27,282 nt of DNA from a virus (lineage: Duplodnaviria > Caudoviricetes): IMG/VR virus record IMGVR_UViG_3300009678_000375, positions 1 through 27,282 of that record. The stretch is one strand, 5' to 3'. The first letter of the stretch is position 1, and every line of letters begins with the position of its first letter. The translations under genes and the position numbers were made by a program. Below, piece by piece: positions 1 to 9,035 of this stretch. The notes under the pieces are model-generated. The model was not told the DNA's origin, did not search any database, and saw only the letters and a list, made by a program, of their open reading frames with translations.

Positions 1-1
1 A

Positions 2-367
2 TATGCGAGAATTATTCTTGAAGCACATGACGCACTTCTGTTTGCAATTAGAAGAGAGTACCTGGACGAGTTTATCGAAATAGCTAAGAAGGAGATGGAG
101 CGTGCGCTTAACTTCACTGCTTGCTCACTATCTAGAAGGTTTCTCAAGATCCCATGCGACGTGGAGATCGGAGAGAACTATCAGGACTTGGCGAAATACA
201 AGTTTGTTCAAAAGATTCAGGTGGAGTTGCCGGAGCCTGTTAGGACTCGACCCTTAAATATAACTGAGCAGTTCACTGTGAATGATGAGATGGTGCGGGA
301 TGAAATATTCCAGAGGCGTGCTGAACTAGAAGCCAAGATGAGCAGTAAGGAAGACATTCCATTTTGA
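2..367 (+). CDS. polA: Family A DNA polymerase, C-terminal fragment (5'-truncated by the window edge)
   Basis: The frame of the 95..367 ORF is open from base 2 and reads YARIILEAHDALLFAIRREYLDEFIEIAKKEMER...LKIPCDVEIGENYQDL. This matches PolA motif C (hhQVHDEhhhE-like) and the typical PolA ending (M-E...L-x-hP...hG-x-N-W/Y). About 55 extra residues follow, ending in EDIPF. Confidence 0.85.
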   Translation, partial: YARIILEAHDALLFAIRREYLDEFIEIAKKEMERALNFTACSLSRRFLKIPCDVEIGENYQDLAKYKFVQKIQVELPEPVRTRPLNITEQFTVNDEMVRDEIFQRRAELEAKMSSKEDIPF

Positions 368-376
368 GGCGGAGAA

Positions 377-1654
377 ATGACATGGCTCGACACACTGTTG
401 GGACAGCACAGCGAACTAGAATCTCCCATGAACTTCTGGTTCTGGGGTGGGCTAGCTGCACTATCTGCTGTAGTTAAGGATAATGTGTGGGTGGACAGGC
501 ACATCCATAAGCTCTATCCCAACATTTACGTCATGCTCCATGCTGAGAGTGGACTGAAGAAAGGTCCGCCCATCAGTATGGCTAAACAACTAGTCAAGGG
601 TGTGGGGGGCACTAGAGTAATCACTGGTCGATCGAGTATTCAAGGGATACTCAAAGAATTAGGTACAGCCCAATCCCAACCTGGTGGGAAGGTATTGAAC
701 AAATCTGTTGCATTCATCTGTTCCTCCGAGCTTACCAGTAGTATCGTAGAGGATAAGGTGGCTACAGATATCTTGACGGACCTATACGACCGTCAGTATA
801 ACATGGGAGAATGGCGAAGTCTACTAAAGATGGAACAGTTCCAACTAAAAGATCCAACTATCACGATGTTAACTGCAACTAATGAGGCGCACTCAGCTGA
901 CTTCTTCGGTAAGAAGGATATTCATGGTGGGTTCTTCGCTCGTACTTTTATCATCAGTGAGAGTAAAAGGAACAGGGCGAACAGTCTACTTGTGCCATTG
1001 ACTAATCCACCTAACTATAAGGAGCACATTGAGTACTTGAAGGAAGTAGCTAAACTGGAAGGTCCATTCGCGGCTCTAGCAAAGAAGGAAGCAGATGATG
1101 CGTGCTGTATCCCTTACATTGAGCATGGAACTGGAGAGACTAACTACTTCACTGAGGCAGGGATCATATACCAGACATGGTATGACGATCTAATCGAGCA
1201 GACACTAACAGAGGACTTACGAGATGACACAGGTACTCTCAACAGGTTCGGTGATTCCGTACTCAAGGTCGCTATGCTACTATCTCTCGCAAGATCACCC
1301 GAATTATATATTGATGCGGGTAGTATGCAGTTAGCGATAGACAACTGTCGCACACTAATAGGTAACGTCAGGGGTATGACCTATGGTAAGAAAGGTCTAT
1401 CCGAAGCAAGGAACATCAAGAAGCTAGTCATAGATGAAATTATGGCTAGACCTGGACATCAAGTGAGTCGGGCGATGCTTCACAAGAAGATGTGGTCCCA
1501 CTATAAGGAAGCTAGTGAGATGGACGAGGTGATGAACTCGTTCGATCAGGCGGGAACTATCAAGGCAGAACACGTAGGGAATCAAATCATCTACAGGATG
1601 ACTGATGTGGAATACAAGAGGTTGAAAGACTTCTTTGATGGGAGGAACAAGTAA
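377..1654 (+). CDS. DUF3987-like / AAA+ (MCM-like) P-loop protein, putative phage replication helicase-related protein with C-terminal winged helix
   Basis: 425 aa. LYPNIYVMLHAESGLKKG is a divergent Walker A, FICSSEL sits at the Walker B position, TMLTATN is sensor-like and GFFARTF is Arg-finger-like. The C-terminus is wHTH-like. It lies directly after the polymerase with a GGAG RBS. Confidence 0.6.
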   Translation: MTWLDTLLGQHSELESPMNFWFWGGLAALSAVVKDNVWVDRHIHKLYPNIYVMLHAESGLKKGPPISMAKQLVKGVGGTRVITGRSSIQGILKELGTAQSQPGGKVLNKSVAFICSSELTSSIVEDKVATDILTDLYDRQYNMGEWRSLLKMEQFQLKDPTITMLTATNEAHSADFFGKKDIHGGFFARTFIISESKRNRANSLLVPLTNPPNYKEHIEYLKEVAKLEGPFAALAKKEADDACCIPYIEHGTGETNYFTEAGIIYQTWYDDLIEQTLTEDLRDDTGTLNRFGDSVLKVAMLLSLARSPELYIDAGSMQLAIDNCRTLIGNVRGMTYGKKGLSEARNIKKLVIDEIMARPGHQVSRAMLHKKMWSHYKEASEMDEVMNSFDQAGTIKAEHVGNQIIYRMTDVEYKRLKDFFDGRNK

Positions 1655-1815
1655 TGGAGCATGAAGAAATTATTGTTGAAGACATAGATGGTGGATATTA
1701 TATCGCCAAATATGTAACTACCAAAGAAAATGCGGATGAGAATTTTGTTCGCATTTACAAGTGTGGAGAATACTATCACGATCTCGAATCAGCTATGAGG
1801 GAAGTTAAGCCATGA
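1654..1815 (+). CDS. Small hypothetical protein (53 aa, MEHEEIIVEDIDGGYYIAKY...REVKP), not in the ORF track
   Basis: Translated by hand. It has a TAATG overlap with the upstream stop, an ATGA overlap with the next gene and GGAGG at 1641-1645, and it fills the gap exactly. Confidence 0.75.
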   Translation: MEHEEIIVEDIDGGYYIAKYVTTKENADENFVRIYKCGEYYHDLESAMREVKP

Positions 1816-2012
1816 CTGAGATGATTGATGTCCATCCTCTTGAAGGAGTTCAATTCCTCCATTGTAATTCGTGTGGCAAGTGCGTGTCTACTGGTTTCTA
1901 TCCAGTGCCTACTGATACTCCGGATAAGGGACTGGTTCTACGTGCGTGGATTCAGTGTCCCGAATGTATTCAGACAGAAACAGACGAGAGACTGAGGAGA
2001 AGTAAGAAGTGA
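1812..2012 (+). CDS. Small zinc-ribbon protein
   Basis: 66 aa with CNSC...CPEC; coupled by overlaps to both neighbours. Confidence 0.65.
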   Translation: MTEMIDVHPLEGVQFLHCNSCGKCVSTGFYPVPTDTPDKGLVLRAWIQCPECIQTETDERLRRSKK

Positions 2013-2296
2013 TTATACCGAGACCCACACACAATGACTACCTTCTACCCTATGTTGAGGAGAGAGCGGTCCCAACAGGAGATCAGAGTAGACATAGTGC
2101 GTGGGTCAAATGGTATCTTGATGCACCCACATGGAAGTGTCCTAAGTGCGGGTGCATCATTTCAGGTCGTTCTGCTAACTGTGTGTTCTGTAGACTTCAG
2201 CATCGAATCATAACACCTAGACCAGAAGGAATGAAGTGTATGACCGATGCTGAAATCGACGAGTGGATAACTAAAAATTCTCATCCTCAGTCGTAA
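2009..2296 (+). CDS. Small zinc-ribbon protein
   Basis: 95 aa, GTG start overlapping the upstream TGA, with WKCPKC...NCVFC. It is the last gene of the + strand module and overlaps the converging gene by 26 nt. Confidence 0.6.
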   Translation: MIIPRPTHNDYLLPYVEERAVPTGDQSRHSAWVKWYLDAPTWKCPKCGCIISGRSANCVFCRLQHRIITPRPEGMKCMTDAEIDEWITKNSHPQS

Positions 2297-5200
2297 CTAC
2301 ATCCTTCAAACCACCACCTGTAGCCAACCAGTCATTCTCTGGAGCCACCAGCTTACCAACACTCTCACCACGTCCGTAGGTCTGAGTACCCATACCAAGC
2401 ATGATGGGAGCCATCCACGGTAGCATCTTTGGATTCTCATAGTATAGTCCAATGAGATCCTGAATTACCAGTGGTACAAACAACTGAGCTACACGATCCT
2501 TAACGTGGAATGGATTGTACTCTGACTGACTAGCTAGATCGTAAGCAAACTTGGTGACGGGATTGAACTTATTACTCAGGAACCGTTCGATGTTACCCTT
2601 CTGAGTAGGTGCGTTGAATCCCTCGCCAAACTCTCTCCAATCATTACTTGCGGATGATGTGGTGCCTCCCTGAATCATACGCGCCATTGCTACAAGGAAC
2701 TGCTGGAAGCCACCTCCAGGGTCCATGCGCGTGTCGCCAATCTTAGCCTTACCCCAATCAGCAGAAGTCATATTCTCCAAGTTGACCTCTACTTCATCTC
2801 CACCGCCACCCTTAATCAGAGCAAGTGCTGCCATCCATGCTGCTCCAGTAGCTAGAGCAGACTGAAGGTATTGCATCCGCACTTGTGGACTAGCCATAAC
2901 GTACGTACTGGGATTCAGCATTCGCACTCGACTCGCAATGAGTCCGGGTGAGAAGAATAGATGCTGCAATGCACCAGCTGCACTCTCTAGACTCACCTCA
3001 GTCTGTCTGAATGGTAGCACATGAGTCTTCAGTGGACCCTGACCAGTAGCAGTATTCACGAAGTCAGCAAGTTCCTTAGCTAGAACTTTATTCCTGTATC
3101 CGTTGAGGTCTTTTGCTTCCTGCGCAGTATATGCCTGCTTGAAGAAACCTGGTCTAACGAAACCAGTATTCCTAGCCTCAATGTGCATCTTAGCAGACTG
3201 ATCCATCAGATACTCGAACCTATTCACCTTCAAATGATTCAAGAAGGTGATATACGCTCTATTCGATGCACGAATTGGCTTACCAGCAGTATTCTTCCAA
3301 ATTCTGGAACCGATACCAGTTCCAATACCCTGTTCAATCCATCTAGATGCAGTAGCCTGAGCACGCTGACCCATCGGTGCATTAGATGAAGCTGATTCAA
3401 ACATCTTAAGTCCAGCTTCAGTAGCAATAGATGGCATCACCTTACCAGTCGTTCGATTCCTTCGAGCTAACATGACTGGTTTGCTGCGCAAATCTGCATC
3501 AATAGTATTGAATATCTGCTGACTAAATCCAGCCTTGAGCATAGGCACTACAGCTCTCCAGAACTGTGGAGTATGAATCTGTCCAAGTCCCTGTCTCCAT
3601 GGAGCGGATAGGTCTGCTGTAGTAGTTAGACCCGCAGGTACAGCTAATGCTTCTCTAACCCAGTGTACAGGCTTCTGAGTAGGCTGACCTGGAACTACGG
3701 GAGGAGGAGGTGGCATCTGACCGCCCATACCCCATCCAGTAGCCTGCTTTACTCCAGCATATGCCTGTTTAAATGGCATACCTCCAAACAAGGCACCAGT
3801 AGTTGACCCGCTCTTAGCGTCAGTCCAACCCTTCTCAAAGTCCTGGAAGAACTTGTTAACCCAATTACGGATCTTACGTGGTGAATCATTCTCACCAAAT
3901 GTCTCGTGTGTTCTTCCTCCACTTGGCGTCAGCACATCCACTACAATGAATGGATCTGTACTGGATTCACTATTCCATGTTGAGTCGGCCAAATGTGTAG
4001 CCTGCTCGCCTGAAATAGGTCCATGTACTTCAGCCATGTGATCACGGAAGCGAATGATACCAGCTTCCTGTGCTTCAGCGAGTCTAATTCCGAGCGCGTG
4101 TGTCTGCTCGTCATGATACTGAGGTTTCTTAGGATCAAATCCCAATCTAGTACCATCAGGTAGTATAAATCTAGTTTTTTCATAAGTATTTACAACAGGT
4201 AATGCTTTACTAAGCACCTCTATGGCGCGGGGAGTAGCCTTCTTTCCATCTCGTTCACCATCGCTAGGAACTCCCTCCTGTCCTTCGGGTTCTCTAATCC
4301 ATTCGAGAGCTCTCTGTCTTGAGAGAGTATCGACCGTAGTGTCTGGTCTCCCCCTCTGCTCTGTATAGCTCTGTAGGAGTTTTCGAATCCCTGGAGCATA
4401 GCTTCCGTCTGGTCCGGTGATTGCTGCATAGATCTCCTCTACAATATCTGCACGTCTTCCGGCAGTATAGGTACTATCTGTTTCCAATAGTGCCCAAGTA
4501 AACTGAGCACCTTCTGGACGTACACGATTGTGATTGAACTCATGGAGAATAACATGAGCAATCTTCTCTGCTGCAACACCAGGACTAGGAGCATCCTGAA
4601 TTAATCCCATCAGGTTAATCAGAATCTTATATTCTTTCGCATCTCTCCATCCTGATTTTGATGGATTAGGAATATTCAAACCACCAGATTTAGAATCAGC
4701 TTGCATGAATCCAAATGCAACAGTATCACCAGCTGCATTTCCTTGAGCATGACTAAAATGATTACGTAGTTCATCAAGCATCTTCCCCATAATGCTCGCA
4801 ACTCTCATCACATGGGGACTATTGTTAAATTCAGCCTTCTCTCTCGGAGTCATTCGATCACCAGAGTCATGGAGTACATGCTGATGATGTGGACTAGCTG
4901 GCTGCAAATCATCAAATAGTTTCTGAATTTCACCAGTCTTCTGGTCTCGACCAGGTTTAGTAATATTCTGATCAATCCAAAGATAGATCTTATTTTTAAG
5001 ATCATCATTCATATCCTCTCGATTTAGACCGAACGGATATCCGGTAGTTCCCTCTGGAACGAGGGAATTAATATCAAGTACAATCTTTTCAGGAACATTG
5101 GGCAGTGGTGTACGCCCATATGAATGACCATATTCCAGTGCAAACAATCCATTATTCAATACAACTACTGAAGCTTCTGCACGTTCCTTATCGTCCAGAT

Positions 5201-8200
5201 CATAATGAACTTTAATATTTGCAGTCGGCAAGTTAATAGTATTTACATAATTCGGAGTGGGTAGACTCTTATGTTCAGTTATATGAGGGTTATTCTTGGG
5301 ATTACTTACTGTACCTTTATCCAAGAATTCAGGAATATCATCATCCCAATCAACAGAACTCTGAGCCCAGAATGACTGGACATTGTCCATACCTGCTGAG
5401 TTTTCAATAGTTGTCTTCCACAAACCCTTAGCCTTGTCCAGAGAAGCAGTTTGTGGAAAATATACTGTTACTTCAAATCCGGTCCTTGCTTTCCATGTTA
5501 TCTCAGTTCTATGAAGAGGAACACCAACAGCCTGATCCTTCATCTGAGTTGGATCGCCTTCAAATTCATAGGCTACCAGTTTACCATTTTCATTGACGAT
5601 AGATTCTACATTGACATGGAGTCCACCAAGCATAGGAGCAGCCTTGGCGAATCCAAAGCCACCAGATGCATTAGCTTCGTCTCTCTTACCTGATTTACCC
5701 ACGTCAGTGAAAATAGTGTAAAGCTGGTCAGCCGTGAGACCACGACCGAAGTCCTTTACAACAATAGCCTTACCATACACCTTACCACCGTGACTTGGAT
5801 CTCTTACACCAGGAATCTCAGCATACTCGGAGAACACAATACGAATGGGATTCTTATTTCCACTAATCTTACGTTCATCCGCTGCGTTCTGACCTAGTTC
5901 CTTGATTGAAGTAGCAATCGCATCACGATTGTATAGAGAGGTACCCAACATATCCAATACAGCGGGGTCAGCTCCGCCCATTGCAATGTTATGCATACCT
6001 GTCTTTGGATTGACTCCAGGTACTCGCATCTCTGCAATGTTCTCAGCTGTGTACTGAGTAACGAATGCGCGCTCATCATCATTTTCAAACTGAATCTCTC
6101 TAGCAGCCTCTCGGATGCGAATCTCCTGCTCAAGTTTAATAGTAGTTAGCTTACTCTCAGCGAATGCAACTCGTCTCTTAGCCACACCTGACATGTTAGG
6201 AATAGTCTTAACACGTTCCAGATGTGCTCTAGCCTTATCAACATCTTCGACCATTAGTTCTTCCATTCGAACTAGGTCTTCATCAGTGGCATCTCTCAAT
6301 GCCTTTTCAAAGCTCTGTCCCACACCAGATCCAATGCGCGGATCGAATGCTTTAATGCTAGCAGATCCAGCGTCAGGTGCGACACGAGACTCAAAGTAAT
6401 CAACTAGACCGAGAACTACATTACGCCAGGTATCACCCTTCTTTAACACCATCCGTGACATGGAAGAAGTAATATTACGATATTCTGAATCAGGTGCTCC
6501 TCGTGCATCGAGTTCCTTAACAGCTGCCATCATTCGAATAGCACTAGGATGCCTCAGTGCAGTCTCAGGATTGATAGCTGCCTCACCAGCAGTATCCATA
6601 GAGGGAGGATTCTCCTGAACTCGCAGTCTAGCGATCTCAGCCTCTGCTCTACCTCTCCATGTTTCACCCTTCCTCAGACGTGCGCGTGGGGAGTCGGCTG
6701 TGAGAGCCCTGTATGCCTTATCAGGCTGCTTCTGTTTATCGAATGCATCTACCTGTCTCTGTAGATCATCAGCCTTCGGACCCTCTACAGATACAGATGG
6801 ACCCTGAACAACTTCCTTCTCAAATCTACTGCTACCATCACTCGTCTTACCTACCTCAACGTATCCACTCCTATTGAGATTCCCCAACATCTGAGGAGTA
6901 AGCTGACCCTTCCTAATGATAACAGTCTGTTTAGCTGGTGTAGTTGGAGTAATATTCTTCTCTACAACAGTCTGATCTTCTAATTCAGGATAATGAAGTT
7001 TCTCATCTCCAATAGTTCCAGTTACTTCATCTACTGCTGCCTGACCTTCTACGAGATCTCCTCCATACATAGCTCTCAGCTGATCTAGATGGAACTGCTT
7101 AACATTTTCAATTTCCTGATCACTCATTTCCTGACCAGGCTGAAGTCCCATCAACCTCTCAAATTCAGTTTGCTGAGCTTCAGCAGGTAGTATTTCACCA
7201 TCTGGTCTCGCTGCTTCAGGAAGTTGTGCAGGAGTTTGTGGTAGGAGTGACTCTGCATGACCTGGAGTAATTGGACCCCATTCATCTTCTTCAACTGCAG
7301 GAGTCTGCTGGATATTATCAATTCCGTTCTGTACACGCAGTCCACTTACATCATTAGTTGGAGGATATACAACATCAGGCCCGAATGGAACCTGAGGAAC
7401 TAGATCAGGTCCAACACCAGCGGCAGCCTGACCTTCAGCAGTTCTCTCACCTACAGGATCAGGCAGATTTCTCCACATTTCCGCATGTGCTTGTGGATTA
7501 TCAGGAACATATTCTTCCTGATTAATATTAGGCTGATAATTCATCTCAGGTTGAATAGTATTCAGCCTTTGTGCAATTACATTAGCTAGACTCTTAGTGA
7601 GAGCATCCTGACGTGGATGCATTTGGACTAGCTGAATCATTCCAGCTAGTTCCATTGGATCTGTTGAGCTACTTACAAGCTGCTCGAATCTAGCAACGTT
7701 AGCTTCAGTTGAAATATTAGGATCTGAGTCAGACAGAATACTACTGAGTACCCCATTCGCACCTGACATGGGAGTATTGATGACTGTTTCTCCTGCTGGA
7801 TCTGGTACTACTGTACCTTCAATATCCGGCTGATTAGGAGGAGCAGGCTGAATAGTCTCACCACCCTCATCAGGCGAATTGACACGCCTGAATACAGTCT
7901 TACCTCCAGGTCGCTGACCTGCCTGTATGAATCCATTATCCCGCATTGCTTTAATAAAATCATTAGTTACATCAGCTTCAGGTACCTCAAATGTGGTACC
8001 TACAGCTTCAGTATCTTCATCATATACTTCATCAGTTTCATTAGTTCCAGTGTATCTATCAGGTGTGGGCTTAGCATGGTTACCCATAACCATAGGCATA
8101 CCACCACCCATGATACCGCCAGAAATCATACCTGATGCGGCAGCTTGACCCGCACCCTGATTCCATGGCTTACCAGTAGCTAGATTAGTTGCAACCTTTT

Positions 8201-9035
8201 CCTGATAAGATTGTGGAGCTTCTTCAAGAACACCCTCATTAATAGCAGTACCAATTAATGGAAGAATACGTCGAGATCCCTTTCGTGTAGGATCTGCTAG
8301 CATCTGCTCCACATCAGGCAGACCTAACCTATTAGCTAACTTACCACCAGCTCCACTAATACCAGCAGTTAGAGCAGCTGATCCCGCTGCATATGGTACG
8401 TCACCAAGGGTAATATCACTACCCTTTTCATCACGTATATCAGCAGCCTGTTGACCAGCTGTGGTAAGAAACTCACCAAGCATACCCGCACGCAGCGCAC
8501 CAAGAGTTGGAGCCACACCTAATGCAGCACGACCAACTCCCATACCTGCAGCCATAGCAGGAAGGGATTCCTCAATAGACAATATGGAAGTACCTGGATT
8601 ACGCCATTTGGAGTTAAAGGTACCAACGAAATCCTTACCTGCCTCCTCCTGTCTAGCTTGCTTCAGTTCTGGAGATTCAAATTCTGAAATATAATCCAAC
8701 GTTTTCTTTGCATCATATCCAGTCAAGTCATGCAACATTCCCGTTGCATCTGGAATTTCATATCCAGCGAGTTCCGCTATCTTACGCTGCGGTGTTGACG
8801 CAAGATCAAGCAATCCCATACCCATCTGACCTAGCTGAGTAGGAATCTTGAGTGCAGTTACGCCAATATCCCTCAATGACGGGAGTGCGTATCCACTACC
8901 GAAACTAGTATCTTCAGGCTCCTGAGGTGCGTCATCATAGAACTGAAGACTGGATGGACCCTCACTCTGACCTTGACTCTGAGAATCTGGAGTCAAATCA
9001 TCATAGTACTGGAGGCTAGATGGTCTCTGAGGCAT
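2271..9035 (-). CDS. Giant polyvalent virion/ejection protein containing a GHKL (HATPase) domain and a HExxH zincin metallopeptidase motif
   Basis: 2254 aa, last gene of the structural operon. The N-terminal region is Gly/Ala-rich and hydrophobic. GHKL boxes are KELGQNAAD, KDFGRG, SGK...GGFGFAK and TGFEVTV; ILHEFNH follows. The helical C-terminal region resembles those of large phage internal virion proteins. Confidence 0.8.
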   Translation of the reverse strand: MPQRPSSLQYYDDLTPDSQSQGQSEGPSSLQFYDDAPQEPEDTSFGSGYALPSLRDIGVTALKIPTQLGQMGMGLLDLASTPQRKIAELAGYEIPDATGMLHDLTGYDAKKTLDYISEFESPELKQARQEEAGKDFVGTFNSKWRNPGTSILSIEESLPAMAAGMGVGRAALGVAPTLGALRAGMLGEFLTTAGQQAADIRDEKGSDITLGDVPYAAGSAALTAGISGAGGKLANRLGLPDVEQMLADPTRKGSRRILPLIGTAINEGVLEEAPQSYQEKVATNLATGKPWNQGAGQAAASGMISGGIMGGGMPMVMGNHAKPTPDRYTGTNETDEVYDEDTEAVGTTFEVPEADVTNDFIKAMRDNGFIQAGQRPGGKTVFRRVNSPDEGGETIQPAPPNQPDIEGTVVPDPAGETVINTPMSGANGVLSSILSDSDPNISTEANVARFEQLVSSSTDPMELAGMIQLVQMHPRQDALTKSLANVIAQRLNTIQPEMNYQPNINQEEYVPDNPQAHAEMWRNLPDPVGERTAEGQAAAGVGPDLVPQVPFGPDVVYPPTNDVSGLRVQNGIDNIQQTPAVEEDEWGPITPGHAESLLPQTPAQLPEAARPDGEILPAEAQQTEFERLMGLQPGQEMSDQEIENVKQFHLDQLRAMYGGDLVEGQAAVDEVTGTIGDEKLHYPELEDQTVVEKNITPTTPAKQTVIIRKGQLTPQMLGNLNRSGYVEVGKTSDGSSRFEKEVVQGPSVSVEGPKADDLQRQVDAFDKQKQPDKAYRALTADSPRARLRKGETWRGRAEAEIARLRVQENPPSMDTAGEAAINPETALRHPSAIRMMAAVKELDARGAPDSEYRNITSSMSRMVLKKGDTWRNVVLGLVDYFESRVAPDAGSASIKAFDPRIGSGVGQSFEKALRDATDEDLVRMEELMVEDVDKARAHLERVKTIPNMSGVAKRRVAFAESKLTTIKLEQEIRIREAAREIQFENDDERAFVTQYTAENIAEMRVPGVNPKTGMHNIAMGGADPAVLDMLGTSLYNRDAIATSIKELGQNAADERKISGNKNPIRIVFSEYAEIPGVRDPSHGGKVYGKAIVVKDFGRGLTADQLYTIFTDVGKSGKRDEANASGGFGFAKAAPMLGGLHVNVESIVNENGKLVAYEFEGDPTQMKDQAVGVPLHRTEITWKARTGFEVTVYFPQTASLDKAKGLWKTTIENSAGMDNVQSFWAQSSVDWDDDIPEFLDKGTVSNPKNNPHITEHKSLPTPNYVNTINLPTANIKVHYDLDDKERAEASVVVLNNGLFALEYGHSYGRTPLPNVPEKIVLDINSLVPEGTTGYPFGLNREDMNDDLKNKIYLWIDQNITKPGRDQKTGEIQKLFDDLQPASPHHQHVLHDSGDRMTPREKAEFNNSPHVMRVASIMGKMLDELRNHFSHAQGNAAGDTVAFGFMQADSKSGGLNIPNPSKSGWRDAKEYKILINLMGLIQDAPSPGVAAEKIAHVILHEFNHNRVRPEGAQFTWALLETDSTYTAGRRADIVEEIYAAITGPDGSYAPGIRKLLQSYTEQRGRPDTTVDTLSRQRALEWIREPEGQEGVPSDGERDGKKATPRAIEVLSKALPVVNTYEKTRFILPDGTRLGFDPKKPQYHDEQTHALGIRLAEAQEAGIIRFRDHMAEVHGPISGEQATHLADSTWNSESSTDPFIVVDVLTPSGGRTHETFGENDSPRKIRNWVNKFFQDFEKGWTDAKSGSTTGALFGGMPFKQAYAGVKQATGWGMGGQMPPPPPVVPGQPTQKPVHWVREALAVPAGLTTTADLSAPWRQGLGQIHTPQFWRAVVPMLKAGFSQQIFNTIDADLRSKPVMLARRNRTTGKVMPSIATEAGLKMFESASSNAPMGQRAQATASRWIEQGIGTGIGSRIWKNTAGKPIRASNRAYITFLNHLKVNRFEYLMDQSAKMHIEARNTGFVRPGFFKQAYTAQEAKDLNGYRNKVLAKELADFVNTATGQGPLKTHVLPFRQTEVSLESAAGALQHLFFSPGLIASRVRMLNPSTYVMASPQVRMQYLQSALATGAAWMAALALIKGGGGDEVEVNLENMTSADWGKAKIGDTRMDPGGGFQQFLVAMARMIQGGTTSSASNDWREFGEGFNAPTQKGNIERFLSNKFNPVTKFAYDLASQSEYNPFHVKDRVAQLFVPLVIQDLIGLYYENPKMLPWMAPIMLGMGTQTYGRGESVGKLVAPENDWLATGGGLKDVVTTEDENF

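Noticed and set aside
5450-5910. GHKL domain as a sensor histidine kinase or topoisomerase/gyrase B gene
   Set aside because: No H-box/DHp helix or TOPRIM domain was recognised, and the domain is embedded in frame within a virion-type protein.
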